This document shows, piece by piece, positions 32,091 through 48,399 of a stretch of 64,000 bases of DNA; position 1 is the stretch's first letter; the number at the start of each line of letters is the position of its first letter. The position numbers were made by a program, and so were the translations under genes. The stretch covers positions 35,216,001 through 35,280,000 of the forward strand of contig NC_058375.1 of assembly GCF_018350175.1 (NCBI RefSeq), given 5' to 3'. The notes below the pieces were generated by a model, which ran no database searches, was not told the DNA's origin, and worked only from the letters and a program-made list of their open reading frames with translations. Source of the DNA: Felis catus (taxonomy: Eukaryota).

Positions 32091-32581
32091 TATCGGCCAT
32101 AGCCAAAGTATGGAAAGAGCCCAAATGCCCACTGACGGATGAATGGATAAAGATGTGGTATATACATATATGCAATGGAGTATTACTCGGCAATCAAAAA
32201 GAATGAAATCTTGCCATTTGCAACTATGTGGAAGGAACTAGAGGGTATTATGCTAAGCGAAATTAGAGAAAGACATATCATATGACTTCACTCATGAGGA
32301 CTTTAAGACACGGAACAGATGAACATAAGGGAAGGGAGGCAAAAATAATATAAAAACAGGGAGGGGTCAAAACATAAGAGACTCTTAAATATAGAGAACA
32401 AACAGGGTTGCTGGAGGGGCTGTGGGAGGGGGGGATAGGCTAAAAGAGTAAGAGGCATTAAGGAAGACACCTGCTGGGCTGAGCACTGGGTGTTAAATGT
32501 AGGGGATGAATCACTGGAATCTACTCCTGAAATCATTTTTGCACTATATGCTAACTTCGATGTAAATTAAAAAATAAAAAA
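32091..32581 (+). mobile_element. 5'-truncated feline L1 (ORF2 end, 3' UTR and poly(A))
   Basis: GAATGGATAAAGATGTGGTATATAC...AAAAAGAATGAAATCTTGCCATTTGCAAC; TSD ATAAGT(T/G)CTAGCTAGCT at 32074-32090 and 32582-32598. Confidence 0.9.
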
Positions 32582-33788
32582 ATAAGTGCTAGCTAGCTAA
32601 GTGCATAAGGACAAAGATTTTTGTTTTAATACTGTATCCATAACGTCTGGAACATATGGTAAGCACACAATTCATATTTTTAAATGAATGAATACACTGC
32701 ATCTCCTACCGCTCCAACTACACTGACCTTTATTTCTTGAATATACCAGGGCTTTTTTTTAAATAACAGCTTTATGGAGATACAATCCACATACTATAAA
32801 AGTCACCCTTTTAAAATTCACATACTATGAATTCAATGGTTTTGGTATATTGATTTAATCGGGCAACCATCACCACTGATTCCAGAACATTATTTCTTTT
32901 TTTTTTTTTTAAATGTTTCTTTTTGAGAGAGCGCGCAGCATGTGCACAAGTGGGGGAGGGACAGACAGCGAGGGAGACAGGATCTGAAGCAGGCTCCACG
33001 CTGACAGCAAAGAGCCTGATGCAGGGCTCAAACTCAGAAACGTGAGATCATGACCTGAGCCAAAGTTGGACGCTTAACCAACTGAACCACCCAGGTGCCC
33101 CAATTCAAGAACATTTTCACCCAAAAAGAAACCCAATACGCATTAGCAGTCATCCCCCAATCTCCTCTTCCCCCAGCCCCTGGCAACCACTAATCTACTT
33201 TCTCTATGGACTTGCTATTCTGGACATTTCATATAAATGGAATCATACAATATGAGGTCTTAGCATTTAAGATCCATGTTGGGGTGCCTGACTGGCTCAG
33301 TTGGTAGAGTATGTGACTCTTGATCGCAGGGTCCTGAGTTCAAGTCCCATGTATGGTGTACAGATTACTTGGAAAAATTAAATCATGAAATAAGATCCAT
33401 CAAGTCCTCTATAACTTTCTTCATTTTTGCACTGTTACTTTTAACACATTAAAAAACAATTTTTTTTACATTTATTTATTTTTGAGAGACAGTGTGAACA
33501 GGGGAGGGGCAGAGAGAGAGGGAGACACAGAATCTGAAGCAGGCTCCAGGCTCTGAGCTGTCAGCAGAGAGCCCATGCGGGGCTCGAACCCATGAACCAT
33601 GAGATCATGACCTGAGCTGAAGTCGGATGCTTAACCAACTGAGCCACCCAGGTGCCGCCTTTTTTAATTTTTTATTTTAATTTAAATCTAAGGTAACATA
33701 TAGTGTAATAATAATTTCTCTCCCTGCCCCTCCTGGAATTCTCCCTCCCTCTCTCTCTGCTCCTCGCTCACTTGCGCTCTCCTCCCAG

Positions 33789-33825
<37 letters not shown>

Positions 33826-34317
33826 TGGTGAGAGTTAATGTCCTTGTCTTGTTCCTGATCATTAAGTTTGGTTCTACCTATGGGTTTTTATAGATGGTCT
33901 TTCTCACGTGGAAGAAGTTCAATTCTGTTTCTAGTTTAAGTATTTTTATCATGAAAGGCATTAGATTTTGTCAAATGCTTTTTTTGTGTGTTTTGAAGTG
34001 ACCATGTTTTTTTCCCATTTATTTTATTTACTTTTTAAGTTTATTTATTTATTTTGAGAGAGAGAGCACGCACAAGCGGGGGAGGGGCAGAGAGAACTAG
34101 AGACAGAATCCCAAGCAGGCTCAGTGCCATCAGCACATAGCCTAATATGGGGCAACTTCACAAACTGTGAGATCACGACCCGAGCAGAAATCAAAAGTAG
34201 GGTGCTTGGGGCACGTGGGTGGCTCAGCCAGTTAAGCATCAGACTCTTGGTTTTGGCTCCAGTCATGATCTCAGGGTTCATGACCTGAGAGGCCCCAAGT
34301 TGGGCCCTGTGCTGGCA

Positions 34318-34459
34318 NNNNNNNNNNNNNNNNNNNNNNNNNNNNNNNNNNNNNNNNNNNNNNNNNNNNNNNNNNNNNNNNNNNNNNNNNNNNNNNNNNN
34401 NNNNNNNNNNNNNNNNNNNNNNNNNNNNNNNNNNNNNNNNNNNNNNNNNNNNNNNNNNN
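34318..34459. other. Assembly gap (142 N) inside nested SINEs
   Basis: Run of N. Confidence 0.99.
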
Positions 34460-35306
34460 TTACCTGACTGAGCCACCGAGGCACCCCTTGATTGTTGTTT
34501 TTTTAAAGTAAGCTCTACCCCCAACATGGGGCTTGAACTCATAACCCAGAGATCAAGAGTCACATGCTCTACTGACTGAACCAGCCAGGCACCCCAAGCA
34601 TTGTTACTTTAGAAAGCAGCAGGCTCAGAAAAGTCCTCCCACGTGTGTTTGTACATGGAGGTGAGATTTTGAGCAGAGACAATGAGAGAATCCCTTCAAA
34701 GGGCTGTGATAGGATTGGGAGCAGAGTGTAAAGGACTCCTTTAGGCAATTTACTCCTTTAAATACTGCCCTTTGATCCGTTTCCCCTCCAGCCACCAGCC
34801 AGTCTCCTCTCTTATTATTTTTTAAAAATTTCATTGCTGTGGGGAGGGATGCCTGGGTGGCTCAGGTCATGATCTCGAGGTTTGTGAGTTCAAGCCCCAC
34901 ATCGGGCTCTGTATTGACAGCTCAGAGCCTGGAACCTGCTTTGGATTCTGTTTCTCCCTTTCTCTCTGCCCTTCACCTGCTTGCTCGCTCGCTCTTTCTC
35001 TCTCTCAAAAATAAAACATTAAAAATTAAAAAAAAAAGGTTTTCAAGTTACTAAATCCAAGAATCCCTTTTTAGACCTTCACTACCCTTTACAGTAGCAT
35101 TAGACCATGATATACTATGCTAGCTTTCTTCCTGTCAGTCTAACTGCTCCTTGTCTCCTCTGCCAGTTTTTCTTTACCTGGCCTTAAATGTTCATATTCC
35201 TCAAGCCTTGGACCTAGAACATTTTCCTGTATTTCTTTATGCTAAGGGTTGGCACATCACAGTATGCTGATTGAGCCCGTGCGCCAAGAGTTGTTGTTAC
35301 GTTTTT

Positions 35307-35420
35307 TTTTTTATATGAAATTTATTGACAAATTGGTTTCCATACAACACCCAGTGCTCATCCCAAAAGGTGCCCTCCTCAATACCCATCACCCACCCTC
35401 TCCTCCCTCCCACCCCCCAA
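35307..35420 (-). mobile_element. Short L1 3'-end insertion inside a MER58-like element
   Basis: CATACAACACCCAGTGCTCATCCCAA L1 3' UTR motif; TSD TGTTGTTACGTTTTT at 35292-35306 and 35421-35435. Confidence 0.8.
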
Positions 35421-36199
35421 TGTTGTTACGTTTTTAAATGTTTGTAAAAAATCAAAAGCGTAATGGTTCATGAGAGATGAATCTCAGTATCGTTAAGTCT
35501 TGGAACACTGCCACACACATTTGTTTACTATTGTCTAGGATTACTCTCACACCACACTAGCGAAGTCGAGTAGTTGTGACACAGACTCTGTATCTCACAA
35601 GCCTAAAGTATTTATTTAGTACATTTTACAAGAGAAGTGTGCTTTATGCTCTCTCCCTAGATGCCATTCATTCTGGAAACTTTAATTACATTTGCATAGT
35701 AATGATTCCCAAAGTAACATCTTCTGTCCAAATTTCTTCCATAAGGATGACCAAGACATGAACATCCAGCTGCCGTCATTCCCCCTTAGAGGTCACCAAG
35801 ATCTCAAAATGAACATGACCAGAACCGCTCCCTTAGTTTACCCCATCTCAGTAAAAGGCACCGATTTTCATCCAACTCATCAAGTGAGGAATTAGTAATC
35901 CTCGACACACACCCCTTTCCCTAACCCCCACCCCCCAAGTCCAATGTATCACCAAACCCTTCAGAATCAAACCTAAGTCCACCACTCGTTTCCCTCCCTG
36001 CTGCCTTCCACCTTTTCCCATCGCAGCTACGCCCAGCTTCTAAAACGAGTCTTTTCAAAGCGTAAAGCCAGGTGACTCCACCTCGGATGTACCCTAAAGT
36101 CCTCAACCTCTAGCGAGCGGCAGCAAACGCGGGTCCAGCGCTGTCCACGAGTTAGGAGCGCAGAGGCCCCTCTCGCAGCAGGAGGTCCGCGGTACTGTC

Positions 36200-36341
36200 G
36201 CAGAAACGTCAGTGACGTCGCACTCAGACTCCGGGATCCTCACAGCGGCGCGCAGAAATCACGTTAAAGGGGCGGGACTGCGTTTTACAAACCGGACCGT
36301 GAGGCTTTGCGTTTTCCCTTTCTCAGCCAGCGCCGAGAGTG
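36200..36341 (+). promoter_or_regulatory. RPS8 promoter with 5'TOP/TCT-type polypyrimidine initiator
   Basis: CRE-like TGACGTCG at about 36213, GC box GGGGCGGG at about 36269, and pyrimidine tract TTTTCCCTTTCTC 36312-36324 just before the short 5' UTR; CpG-rich. Confidence 0.8.
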
Positions 36342-38981
<2,640 letters not shown>

Positions 38982-39010
38982 ATCTTCCTCCTTCCTATCT
39001 TCGGTCATGT

Positions 39011-39016
39011 AATAAA
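39011..39016 (+). terminator. RPS8 poly(A) signal
   Basis: TGT-AATAAA about 30 nt after the stop, with GT-rich sequence downstream. Confidence 0.85.
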
Positions 39017-40066
39017 AGGTGTTTATTCTGCCCTGTATTCGTGTGTCAATATCTGATTGCTTGGGAAACCGTAGAGTGCCCCAGCTCACTCTGCCTGAAG
39101 GCCAACCTTAGGTGTGGGCTATGTCGGTAACGGGGAGCATTTCTCACCCCCCAAAGGCTAGCGTTTAGTGGGAACAGGGATGTGGCATGCAGGCCAAGCA
39201 GAAACAGTATAAGGGAGGTATCTCAGCACTGGGCCCCCAATATTACTGTGTTGACCATGACTGGTACCTGAAACCATGCTGCCTCTGTAAATTTGGCTCT
39301 TTTAGAGGTCCTGTACCCTTTCCCTATGTGCACCTTGGTCTTAAGGTTTTAGCTTGGAAGTTTTCAGCCTGGGTTTGTGAATAGCCTATAAACCTGGAAA
39401 TTGTATTCCAAATTTCTTTTGTACATTGTTGAGGAAGTTGAGCACACTTATGTATCCGTATCTTTCAGTTTTTTAATGTCTTTCTGAAGTTAATTTTCTT
39501 TTGAAACCTAATCCCCCTTCCCCTTACTAAAGTGTGCAAGATAACCAGTGGTTTCTGCATTGCTAAATCTGCAAAGTTCAGTTCTTTGTCTCCAGCTTGG
39601 CTGTACATTGTCTGTTGTAGGTATTGAATGTGGTTTATGATGCATTTTTTTTTTAATGTTTATTTTGAGAGCAGAGGAGGGGCAGAGAGAATCCCAGGCA
39701 GGCTCCATGCTCAGTGCGGACCTGACTCAGGGCTCCATCTCATGACCACCAAGATCACCTGAGCCTATATCAAGAGTTGGGCACTCAACTGGCTCAAGCC
39801 ACCCAGGTGCCCCATATGATGCATTTTTCTAACTTTAACCCAAACCTACTTAACACCTGCATTTGTATATCATAATTGGACTCTCAAAGGTGAACATGTT
39901 AAAAATGGATAACATTCTTCAGCTTTTCCTTTTCAAATAGTTTCTCAGCTATTTGATTATAGCAAACAGTTGTCTTTATACAGCTGCTTAAATCAAAATC
40001 TTGGGTCATTCTGACCCTTATATGCTAACATCTAATAATCCCAGGTCTTAATTGCTTCAACCTTTA

Positions 40067-40298
40067 TTTTTATTTATTATTTTATTTTATTTTTTTTTTT
40101 TCAACGTTTATTTTTGGGACAGAGAGACAGAGCATGAACGGGGGAGGGGCAGAGAGAGAGGGAGACACAGAATCAGAAACAGGCCCCAGGGTCTGAGCCA
40201 TCAGCCCAGAGCCTGACGCGGGGCTCGAACTCACGGACCGCGAGATTGTGACCTGGCTGAAGTCGGACGCTTAACCGACTGCGCCACCCAGGCGCCCC
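40067..40298 (-). mobile_element. Young feline CAN-SINE
   Basis: Perfect 17-bp TSD AATTGCTTCAACCTTTA at 40050-40066 and 40299-40315. Confidence 0.95.
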
Positions 40299-43037
40299 AA
40301 TTGCTTCAACCTTTAAAACCATCCACCTTCCAGTCACTTTTTTATAAGTAGCACTCAATGCTTCTGTTGTCCCCAACACAATCCTAGCAATGTTGATAAG
40401 TTGTTTTTTTTTTTGTTTGTTTTAAATTTTTTAAGATTTATTTACTTTTGAGAGAGAGAGAGAGTGCAAGCAGGGGAGGGACAGAGAGAGGGAGACACAG
40501 AATCTGAAGCAGGCTCCAGGCTCTGAGCTATCCTATCAGTGCAGAGCCCGATACGGGGCTTGAACTCCTGAGCCGTGAAATCGTGACCTGAACCGAAGTT
40601 GGATGCTCAACGGACTGAGCCACCCAGGCGCCCCTGTTGATCAGTTTTAAGATCAGGTTTTTGGGGCATCTGGGTGGTTCAGTCAGTTAAGGGTCCTGAC
40701 TCTTGGTTTCAGCTCAGGTCATAATCTTGGAGCTTCATGGGTTCAAGTCCTGCACTGGGGTCTGTGCTGGCAGTGCAGACCCTGCTTGGGATTCTCTCTG
40801 CCCTTCCCCCACTCATGCTCTCTCTGTCTCTCAAAATAAGCTTTAAAAAAAAAATCAGTTTTTGGGGGCCACCTGGGTGGTTCAGTCAGTTCATGAGATC
40901 AAGACATATGTAGGGCTCTGCGCAGAGCTAGCATAGGATTCTCATTCTGCTCATCCCTCGCGCATGCAGTCTGAACTTTATTTCTTTTGAGAAAGACTAT
41001 GTGAGCAGTAGAGGAGCAGAGAGGAAGGGAGAGAGCATCCAAGCAGGCTCTGTGCTGTTAGCTCGGAGCCTGAAGACATAGGGCTCAAACTCAACGAATC
41101 TTGAGATCTTGACCAGAGCCAAAATTAAGAGTAGGATGCTGAACCAACTGAGCCACCCAGGCACCCCCTCTCAAACTTAAAAAAAATATATCAGGTTTTT
41201 GACAGGACAACTTACCATCTCAAAAGCCTAACCAAACACTATGGAACTCTACATGACCTGCTCCCTTTTTCTATAGTGCCTATGATCCTGGCCTTACTGA
41301 GTAAATAATGTATGTTCATTTGCTATTCTTTTGTTAGAAACAATTTCTTTCAAATACCCACATGGCTTACTCTCCAGGTCTTACTTAGACCCTCGTTTTT
41401 GCCCTCTCTGATCACATTTTTTTTTTTTTAACGTTTATTTATTTTTGAGACAGAGCATGAACGGGGGAGGGTCAGAGAGAGGAAGACACAGAATCCGAAG
41501 CAGGCTCCAGGCTCCAAGCTGTCAGCACAGAGCCCGACGCGGGGCTCGAACTCACGGACCACGAGATCATGACCTGAGCTGAAGTTGGCCGCTCAACTGA
41601 TTGAGCCACCCAGGCGCCCCTGATCACCGTTTTTTAAGTTAGTCCCTTCAATGCTGTATCTTTTCCTCCTTTTTCTCCTTATCCCTTAGTTGGGCATAAA
41701 TTTTGCTCATTTTGTCTTGTCCTACTAGAATATAATTCCGGGGAACAGGTATGTTTGTAGCCTGCTCTGTCTCCAGTACCTGGAAGTACAGGGCAACATA
41801 GCAAGCACTCCAGTGTGCTAAATTAATTTTTTATTAAAAATTTTTTTAATGTTTATTTTTGAGACCATGCGAGAGACCCTAGTGCAAGCAGCGGAGGGGC
41901 AGACAGGGAGACACAGAATCCGAAGCAGGCTCCAGGCTCTGAGCTGTCAGCCCAGAGCCCGATGTAGGGCTCAAACTCATGAACCGTGAGATCATGACCT
42001 GAGCCGAAGTCGGACTCAACCGACTGAGCCACTCAGGCGCCCCTAAATTAATTTTTTAAAAAACAAGATTTTATCGAAGTTGAAGTTGATGGAAAGTGTA
42101 AGTATGTAACTTTTAAGAGTTAAAGAAGTGAACACCCAACTGGTTCATTAGCTTGGCAAAATTGCAGACTTCTGTGAAGAGACAATAGGGAAAGATGACA
42201 GCCACCACTTTTGAGTACAAAAACTTCAGGACACAGATCAACCCAACCTTCTGAAACCTTACCGTTGCTCTGGGGACGCCTGTGCCCCACCTTTCCATCC
42301 AGTGATTATCTTCATGCAACACCTTAATTTTAGCTTTGTTGACAGAGAGGTATGAGTCAGGAATTGGTATGGGTCAGCAAAGCCACACTAAACACTTTGC
42401 CTTTATTTCCTAATTTGAGTTCCAAAAAACTATACTTCCCCTTCTACTTATAATTTATGAATAGAATCTTTTTTAAAAAGTCTTGGATCCAGGCAGTATT
42501 CATGTCCACAGCCTTCAGATGACCATTCTTGCTCTAAGCAAGGCTACTTCCTATTAACCCTGTGAAAAAAACTTAAATACCTTACGGGTGAATGGCTGTC
42601 CTGGGGGTGCTATTGTCTCCATACATTTGGAGACCTATGCTTAGGTATCCAGTAACCTATGGTCACCCAGCAGTACGAAAGTAGCAAAACCAGCATTATC
42701 TAGTCAGTCTACAATGCCAGAGCATGCACTCAACCTCTATACTCTTGTTTCTGCCCTCCTTTGACTTCTGTCCTCTGTAATTCTTTGATCTTAAGATTCA
42801 GTTTTAGCATTCACCAAGTTCTTTAATGGAGGCTGAATTTATAGGCCAGGAATCTTAGAGGAGCTCAGTTCAGGCAACTCCATCTAGTGTTGTTTGAGTC
42901 TGGTTTCCCCCCAGCACTGTAGGCCCACCACAGAGATGGAACCCCAGCTTCACCCCTTACATCGTCTCTTCTGTTGGTTGGTGGGTACAGAGAAGGATGT
43001 GGTACTCAGAAGTTCAAATGCCCAAGGTCTAGGCTGG

Positions 43038-43288
43038 GTAGTGTAAGACTGCCTTCAGGGGCGCCTGGGTGGCTCAGTCGGTTAAGCAGCCGACTTTGGC
43101 TCAGGTCATGATCTCGCGGTCCGTGGGTTCGAGCCCCGCGTCGGGCTCTGTGCTGACAGCTCGGAGCCTGGAGCCTGCTTCAGATTCTGTGTCTCCCTCT
43201 CTCTCTGACCCTCCCCCGTTCATGCTTTGTTTCTCTCTGTCTCAAAAAATAAATAAACGTTAAAAAAAATTAAAAAAAAAAAAAAAAA
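43038..43288 (+). mobile_element. Feline CAN-SINE downstream of the BEST4 stop
   Basis: Full length, with TSD AAGACTGCCTTCA on both sides. Confidence 0.93.
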
Positions 43289-43554
43289 AAGACTGCCTTC
43301 ACATATGAGTTCAATCAGCCTCCAGTACAGATTCCCAAGCCCTTCCATATCATCTTTATCTCACTATCCCACTGCACAGCAGGCCAATTTAGTTTTAAGC
43401 AACCATAACTGCACAAGTAATGATTATATTCTCATTGTAAACAAAAACAAAGAATATTATAGGAAAAGCAAAAGTCCCCCAGCACACACACTTTGATCCC
43501 TCTTCAGAGTAAGATTATCAAGATAAGGTATACCCTCAATATCTTTTTATGTCT

Positions 43555-43735
43555 CACACAAAGTGTAATGTTTGGACCAGCAGCAGCAACAGCACCTGGG
43601 AATTTACTAGAAATGCAACTTCTTGGGTTCCGTCCCAGATCTAATGAATCAGAAATGCTGGAAGGGGCACCCATAACTGTTCCGAACAGGCCCGTCAGTG
43701 ACGCTGATGCTCCCTCAAGTTTGAGAACGGGCCCA
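43555..43735. mobile_element. MER5A-like DNA transposon
   Basis: GGACCAGCAGCA...CACCTGGGAATTTACTAGAAATGCAA...AAGTTTGAGAAC. Confidence 0.7.
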
Positions 43736-44039
43736 GCTCCCCGGGAAATTAACAGTGCACCTGGGTTCTTGTCCTCTAGGCCTCGCACGTGTATCCTTCT
43801 AGCTACACCGTCCCCAAGCAAGCCATCCTACCTTCTCCCGCCAAAGTGGACGCATTCCCAGCCCTGACACTGGCCCCGCCATCTTTCTCTTTCAAGATCC
43901 GTCCCTAAACGCTCTGGCCCAGGGCACACAGCAAGTGTTCTTATGGCGTCCGAGGGCAGGACCAGCGCCGTCTGGAGGGCAGCTGGGGGCGGAAAGCGAG
44001 CAGAGGCAGGCAAGAGGGCCCGGCCCTGGCAGCCTTTTC

Positions 44040-47000
44040 TCAGGGCTCCCCGGCCTCGTCCCCTGACCCCACCGACGCCTCCTCAATGCGGTCCGCGGCC
44101 TCGGGGTCGCCGCCCTCCTCCGCTCGCAAGCGCAGTAGATGAGGGGTCCTGGGAGCTCCGCGTACGCGGCCAAAGGTCCGGAGGCTGATCGCGGGTGAGG
44201 GTGCTCCTGCGGCAAACAAGTGGCCGAGCAACGGGGTCTGCGCGGCCGGGAGCGGCCTAGCGGACCCTGGGGACGTGTCCACCTGCACGTTCTGCTCGGG
44301 GTCGTCGCTCACGCTGCGGACGGGAGGGAGGTCTGAGCGATCTTGGCGCCGAGCCGCCCTGGGACTGACTCTCCCGAGAGGGCGGGGAACAGGAAGGACC
44401 GATCCATTGGCGCCCCAGAGTGCCAGGTCAACCCCTGCCTCCACCAGCTGGGGTCACTCACCGAAGGTTGAAGGTGGAGCCCAGGAAGGAAGGCCGCAGA
44501 GCCTCTGCTGCCGTGGCCACCGTGTAAGGCGGCTGCGCTGAGTCTTCGTCCCAGTACAGGTCCTTCTCGGCGGGAGGCAGGTTCTGGTACATGTCGTCTA
44601 CGGAGAGCAGGGACACCTGAGGCAGGCAGCAAGTCATAAGGATCCTCCTGTCCTCTCCACACTTAGGCGGAGAGCTGGCAAGGAGGGGAGCACAGGGAGT
44701 TGCCCCGGAACCGGGCGCACCTGTAAGTTGCGGTCTATGAGCTGGTTAGTCTCAAAGTCATCATCATCCTCCCCAAAGGGGTTGATAATCTGTTCGGCCA
44801 CCTGCAGGTTGTAAGACAGTGTTTTCAGGGCTCAGAGCCCCATTCTGCATCCCCAAAGTTGAGGTGGACCCACGTGTCTACAGAACAAGCTGCTATGTGC
44901 CCACCTTGAGCCAGCCAGCATAGAAGAAGAACTGCAGCAGAGTGGTGAGAGGCACATACATGTCCAGGTCCCCCAGAGTAGACGCTGGCTCCTGGCCTGG
45001 CTCTAATGGCTCCCGAGGTTTGGCAGGCCCTGCCTCTGGCTCCACAAACTGGCGGCCGACCAGGGAGAGGGCAAAGTAGGAGTATACGGCTATGGTCACC
45101 ACCTGGAGAAGGAAGCCGGGCCGAGTAAGACAGGGAAAAATGCCCTCCCCGCCCCTGAGGGCCAGTGAGGGACTCTGACAAGGAACTAAATGTGTAGCAA
45201 GGTGTGGCAGCATCAGAGGGGATGGGGTCCTATTAGTGGGGGTCCGGGGATGCTTTGAGGATGAGCCCTTAGTTGTTCGGTGTCTCACTGGACTGAACTG
45301 CCCCAGGGCAGGTGCCATCTCTAGTTCTCAGTGTCACACACAGCACAGGACATGCAGTAGGCACTGGGACTGGGGAGGTGAGAGGCAGTTACTTGGGTGT
45401 AGACGAGAGGTATGCTGATCCAGTCATAGTGGAATAGCATGCTGCACTTGGCCCGGTACTTGTTCAGCTCCTGGTGGAAGAGCAAGAAGAGGAAGTCAGT
45501 GGAGGTGAGGAAGGAAGAATGGGGAAAGAACTGGGAGCCCAACACAAACCAGGCCTAGAGGCCCAGTTGGCTGTTGGAGGTGTTACCAATGTGGGAGTGC
45601 TTGTGATGGGAAGCAGTTTAGCAATGTAGTTCCAAGCATGGACCCAGAGTGTATGAGTCCCAGCTCCACTAACTATCTGTGTGATTTCGGCAAGTTTCTT
45701 TTCCGTTCTGCCTCAGTTTTCTCACCTGTGAAAAAGGGATGCCGATAATGTCTCAAGGGTTGTTGTGATGGCTAATGAGTTAATGTACGTACAGTACTTC
45801 CAACAGTGTGCAGTACAAAGTTGGCACCACCTAAGTGCTCATTACTAAAATTATTGTTCTGGTTTGCAAAGCTAGGAGGAAGAGGATAAATGGGCCTGGT
45901 CTGAGCAGACTCACTTCGAGGAGCAGGCAGAGAGCAATGTCATCACGGATTCTCCCATCCCTCCGGGCCTGGGCCGCCAGGTTAGTAAACCAGACACATG
46001 GGATCCAGTACTTGTTGAAGTCGGATTTCAGGCTCTCAAACTTTTTCCTCTCTTCCTGGGACATGAAACCTGAGGGGATAAAGTGAGTGGGGCGCAGACT
46101 GAGCCCTTGTGCCTAGGACTTGCCCCTTGGGGGTCAGACCTCTCCTCCTAGGAGGCCCACCTTCAGGCTCTGGTGGGCTGTGCCAGGGCTCCCCAGCGTG
46201 GCACCTGCATCGGCCCGGCCGAGCCCCAGGGGCCCCTGTCCGCACCTGCATCCACCACGTGCTCCATAGTGGGGAAACGCTTGAGTACGCGGGTGCTGAC
46301 TGAGCGCAGCACCAGCACAGATGCCAGGTTGGCATAGCGGATGAGGGTACGGCGCAGCAGGCGGCCATGCTGGTCTACGCCGTGCACGCTGGCCGAGATG
46401 ACGCACATCAGCTGGTCTGGCAGCGGGATGCTTGTATACTGGGCCCACCATCGGTTCACCACCAGGGTCACGTAGAAACCTGGTCAGCCGCCCCAGAAGT
46501 GGGGACAGGAAGGGAAGAGGGAGTGTCTGGCAGTTAGCGTGCCCTGTCCCCCAGCTGGAGCGCCTGGTCCAGGCTAGGTTGAACTGAAGCAGGGGGAAGG
46601 ACACATCTGGCTCCAGTGTCCTGCCTTGATGTCAGGGGAAGTGCCTCTTCCTAAAGCCTCTTCCTTGCTAAGCCAGGCCCGGAGGATGGAGGAGTGCAAA
46701 CCTCTGGTAGAGAAGTGGTGGCTCAAGGCCACTAGTAGTAGTTAACTCTGAGCCCCTCTTCCCATGAAGGTGGGAAGGGGATGTCACCTCTCTGCAGCTC
46801 CCCTCCCCCCAGAGCGGGGGTTTGAAGCCAGCAGGTGTTTTGTCCCTTGTTTGTGGAGTGAGGGTCCAGCAAGTGATAGGCAGGGTCTAGCCCTCTGGAA
46901 ATCCTGGACCCAGGATACAACTCCCATGTCTGCTGAGCCTGCTCTGGTTAACCTCTAGGCTGTGCTGTTGGGGTAATTCTGACTCTCAGCGCTATCAACT

Positions 47001-47393
47001 CAACCCAAAGGTCAGGGAAGATGGTAAGAAGGATACCAGGGAGAACTAGAGGGAGCCTTACCCAGTACAAAGGATAAGGGGATGAGATCTGCCGAACGAT
47101 TACAGTATCGGGCCACCTGAGCATATACATGCCTCTGCTCCTGGGTCAGCAGCAACCTGGGTAAGGTCAGTTGTAAGACTGGGTTAGAGGGAAGTGGGCA
47201 GCCCTGTCCCCCACAGGCCAGCCCTGAGACCTCACCCTCACCGGTAAGTGATGCTGAGCAGAGCATACAGGGCGATGAAGAGGAGGAACTCTTTGTAGAG
47301 GAGCTTGTAGATGCTTCCCCTCCAACGGAGAAGCAAGCCAGAGAAGCCTCCGAAGCGAGCCTCCGCCACTTTGAGGGTGTATGAAACCGTCAT
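44040..47393 (-). CDS. BEST4: Bestrophin-4 anion channel, 9 coding exons, 473 aa
   Basis: Minus-strand exons 47242-47393, 47062-47156, 46246-46479, 45915-46069, 45393-45470, 44905-45102, 44721-44801, 44462-44616, 44040-44313 sum to 1422 nt. Starts [18 protein letters not shown]; has the RFP motif and the [11 protein letters not shown] acidic cluster; the C-terminus ...GDEAGEP is BEST4-like. Confidence 0.97.
45620..45845. mobile_element. MIR element in a BEST4 intron; similar MIRs near 13195, 16850, 24450, 28365, 48230, 49940, 51730 and 52380
   Basis: MIR core TCTGCCTCAGTTTTCTCACCTGTGAAAAAGGGATG. Confidence 0.7.
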
Positions 47394-48399
47394 GGTGCTG
47401 GGGGCCTGAGCAGGAGGTCACAAGAGCTGCCCCCAGAGTGTCCCTCTTTCCCAGCAAACCTTCTCCTTAGCTTTCCTTCTTATCACCAAGCTTAGTTCCC
47501 CGGGCAACCTCCCTTCGATTCTGGTCACATACATCCAGCCTTCACCCTGTGTCAGTAGTCATGGGGGAGGAAGCTGCAGAGCAGACAGAGCACATCCCCA
47601 TCCCCTCCAGAACTCAGTGTACGTGGGTCAAGCCAGGATGGCATGGGCCTAGGGGAGCTGAGATCTATAACCTCTCCTGCAAGAGGCTTCCCTGGGATCC
47701 TCTTCCACTTGCAGGGCTAAAAGTAACCAGATCATAAACTGCTAAGGACAGGAGATCCAACTCTAGCCTAGACCCACAACTATCCCTTGGGGTCTTGTTG
47801 ATAGCTGGTCTCCCGAGGCCCAAGGTACTGTCACCCCCCACTCCACACCTGCCTACCTGCTCTGAGCAGCAGCATGTGTTGAGGAAGGAGAACTGGGCTA
47901 GCCCCCACATGAAACACACTTAAATATCTGCCAGGCCCATAAAGCTTAACTGGACTGTGGTTATCATTGATGGATTGAGGCTGTCACCCAGCTTCTCCTG
48001 GTCCTGGGAACTAGATTTGTCCCCCTACTCCTGCAGGGCTGGGCTGGCCTTTGGGTGGCAGAAATGCCATCTGCACTGACCCCACAGCACACACAAATAA
48101 CACCATGTCCTTGAAACCAGGATGACAGGGATTACTGTCCCACGCTCCAGGTGAGAAGACAGATGCATGATGATCAATTGTTACAACAGCTGCTGATCAC
48201 AGAGCACTGACTGACAGGCACTGTGCCAAAGGCACTACTATATCATCCTCTCGTGGAATCCTCATCACAACCCCATGAGCCAGGACTCATCCCCATTTAT
48301 AGATGAGGCTCCAAGAGGTAAATGTCTTGCCCAAGGTCATATAGCTGGGATGCATTGGAGGCAGGATTCAAAGCCTGAGTTGGTGGACTTTGTTGAGCT

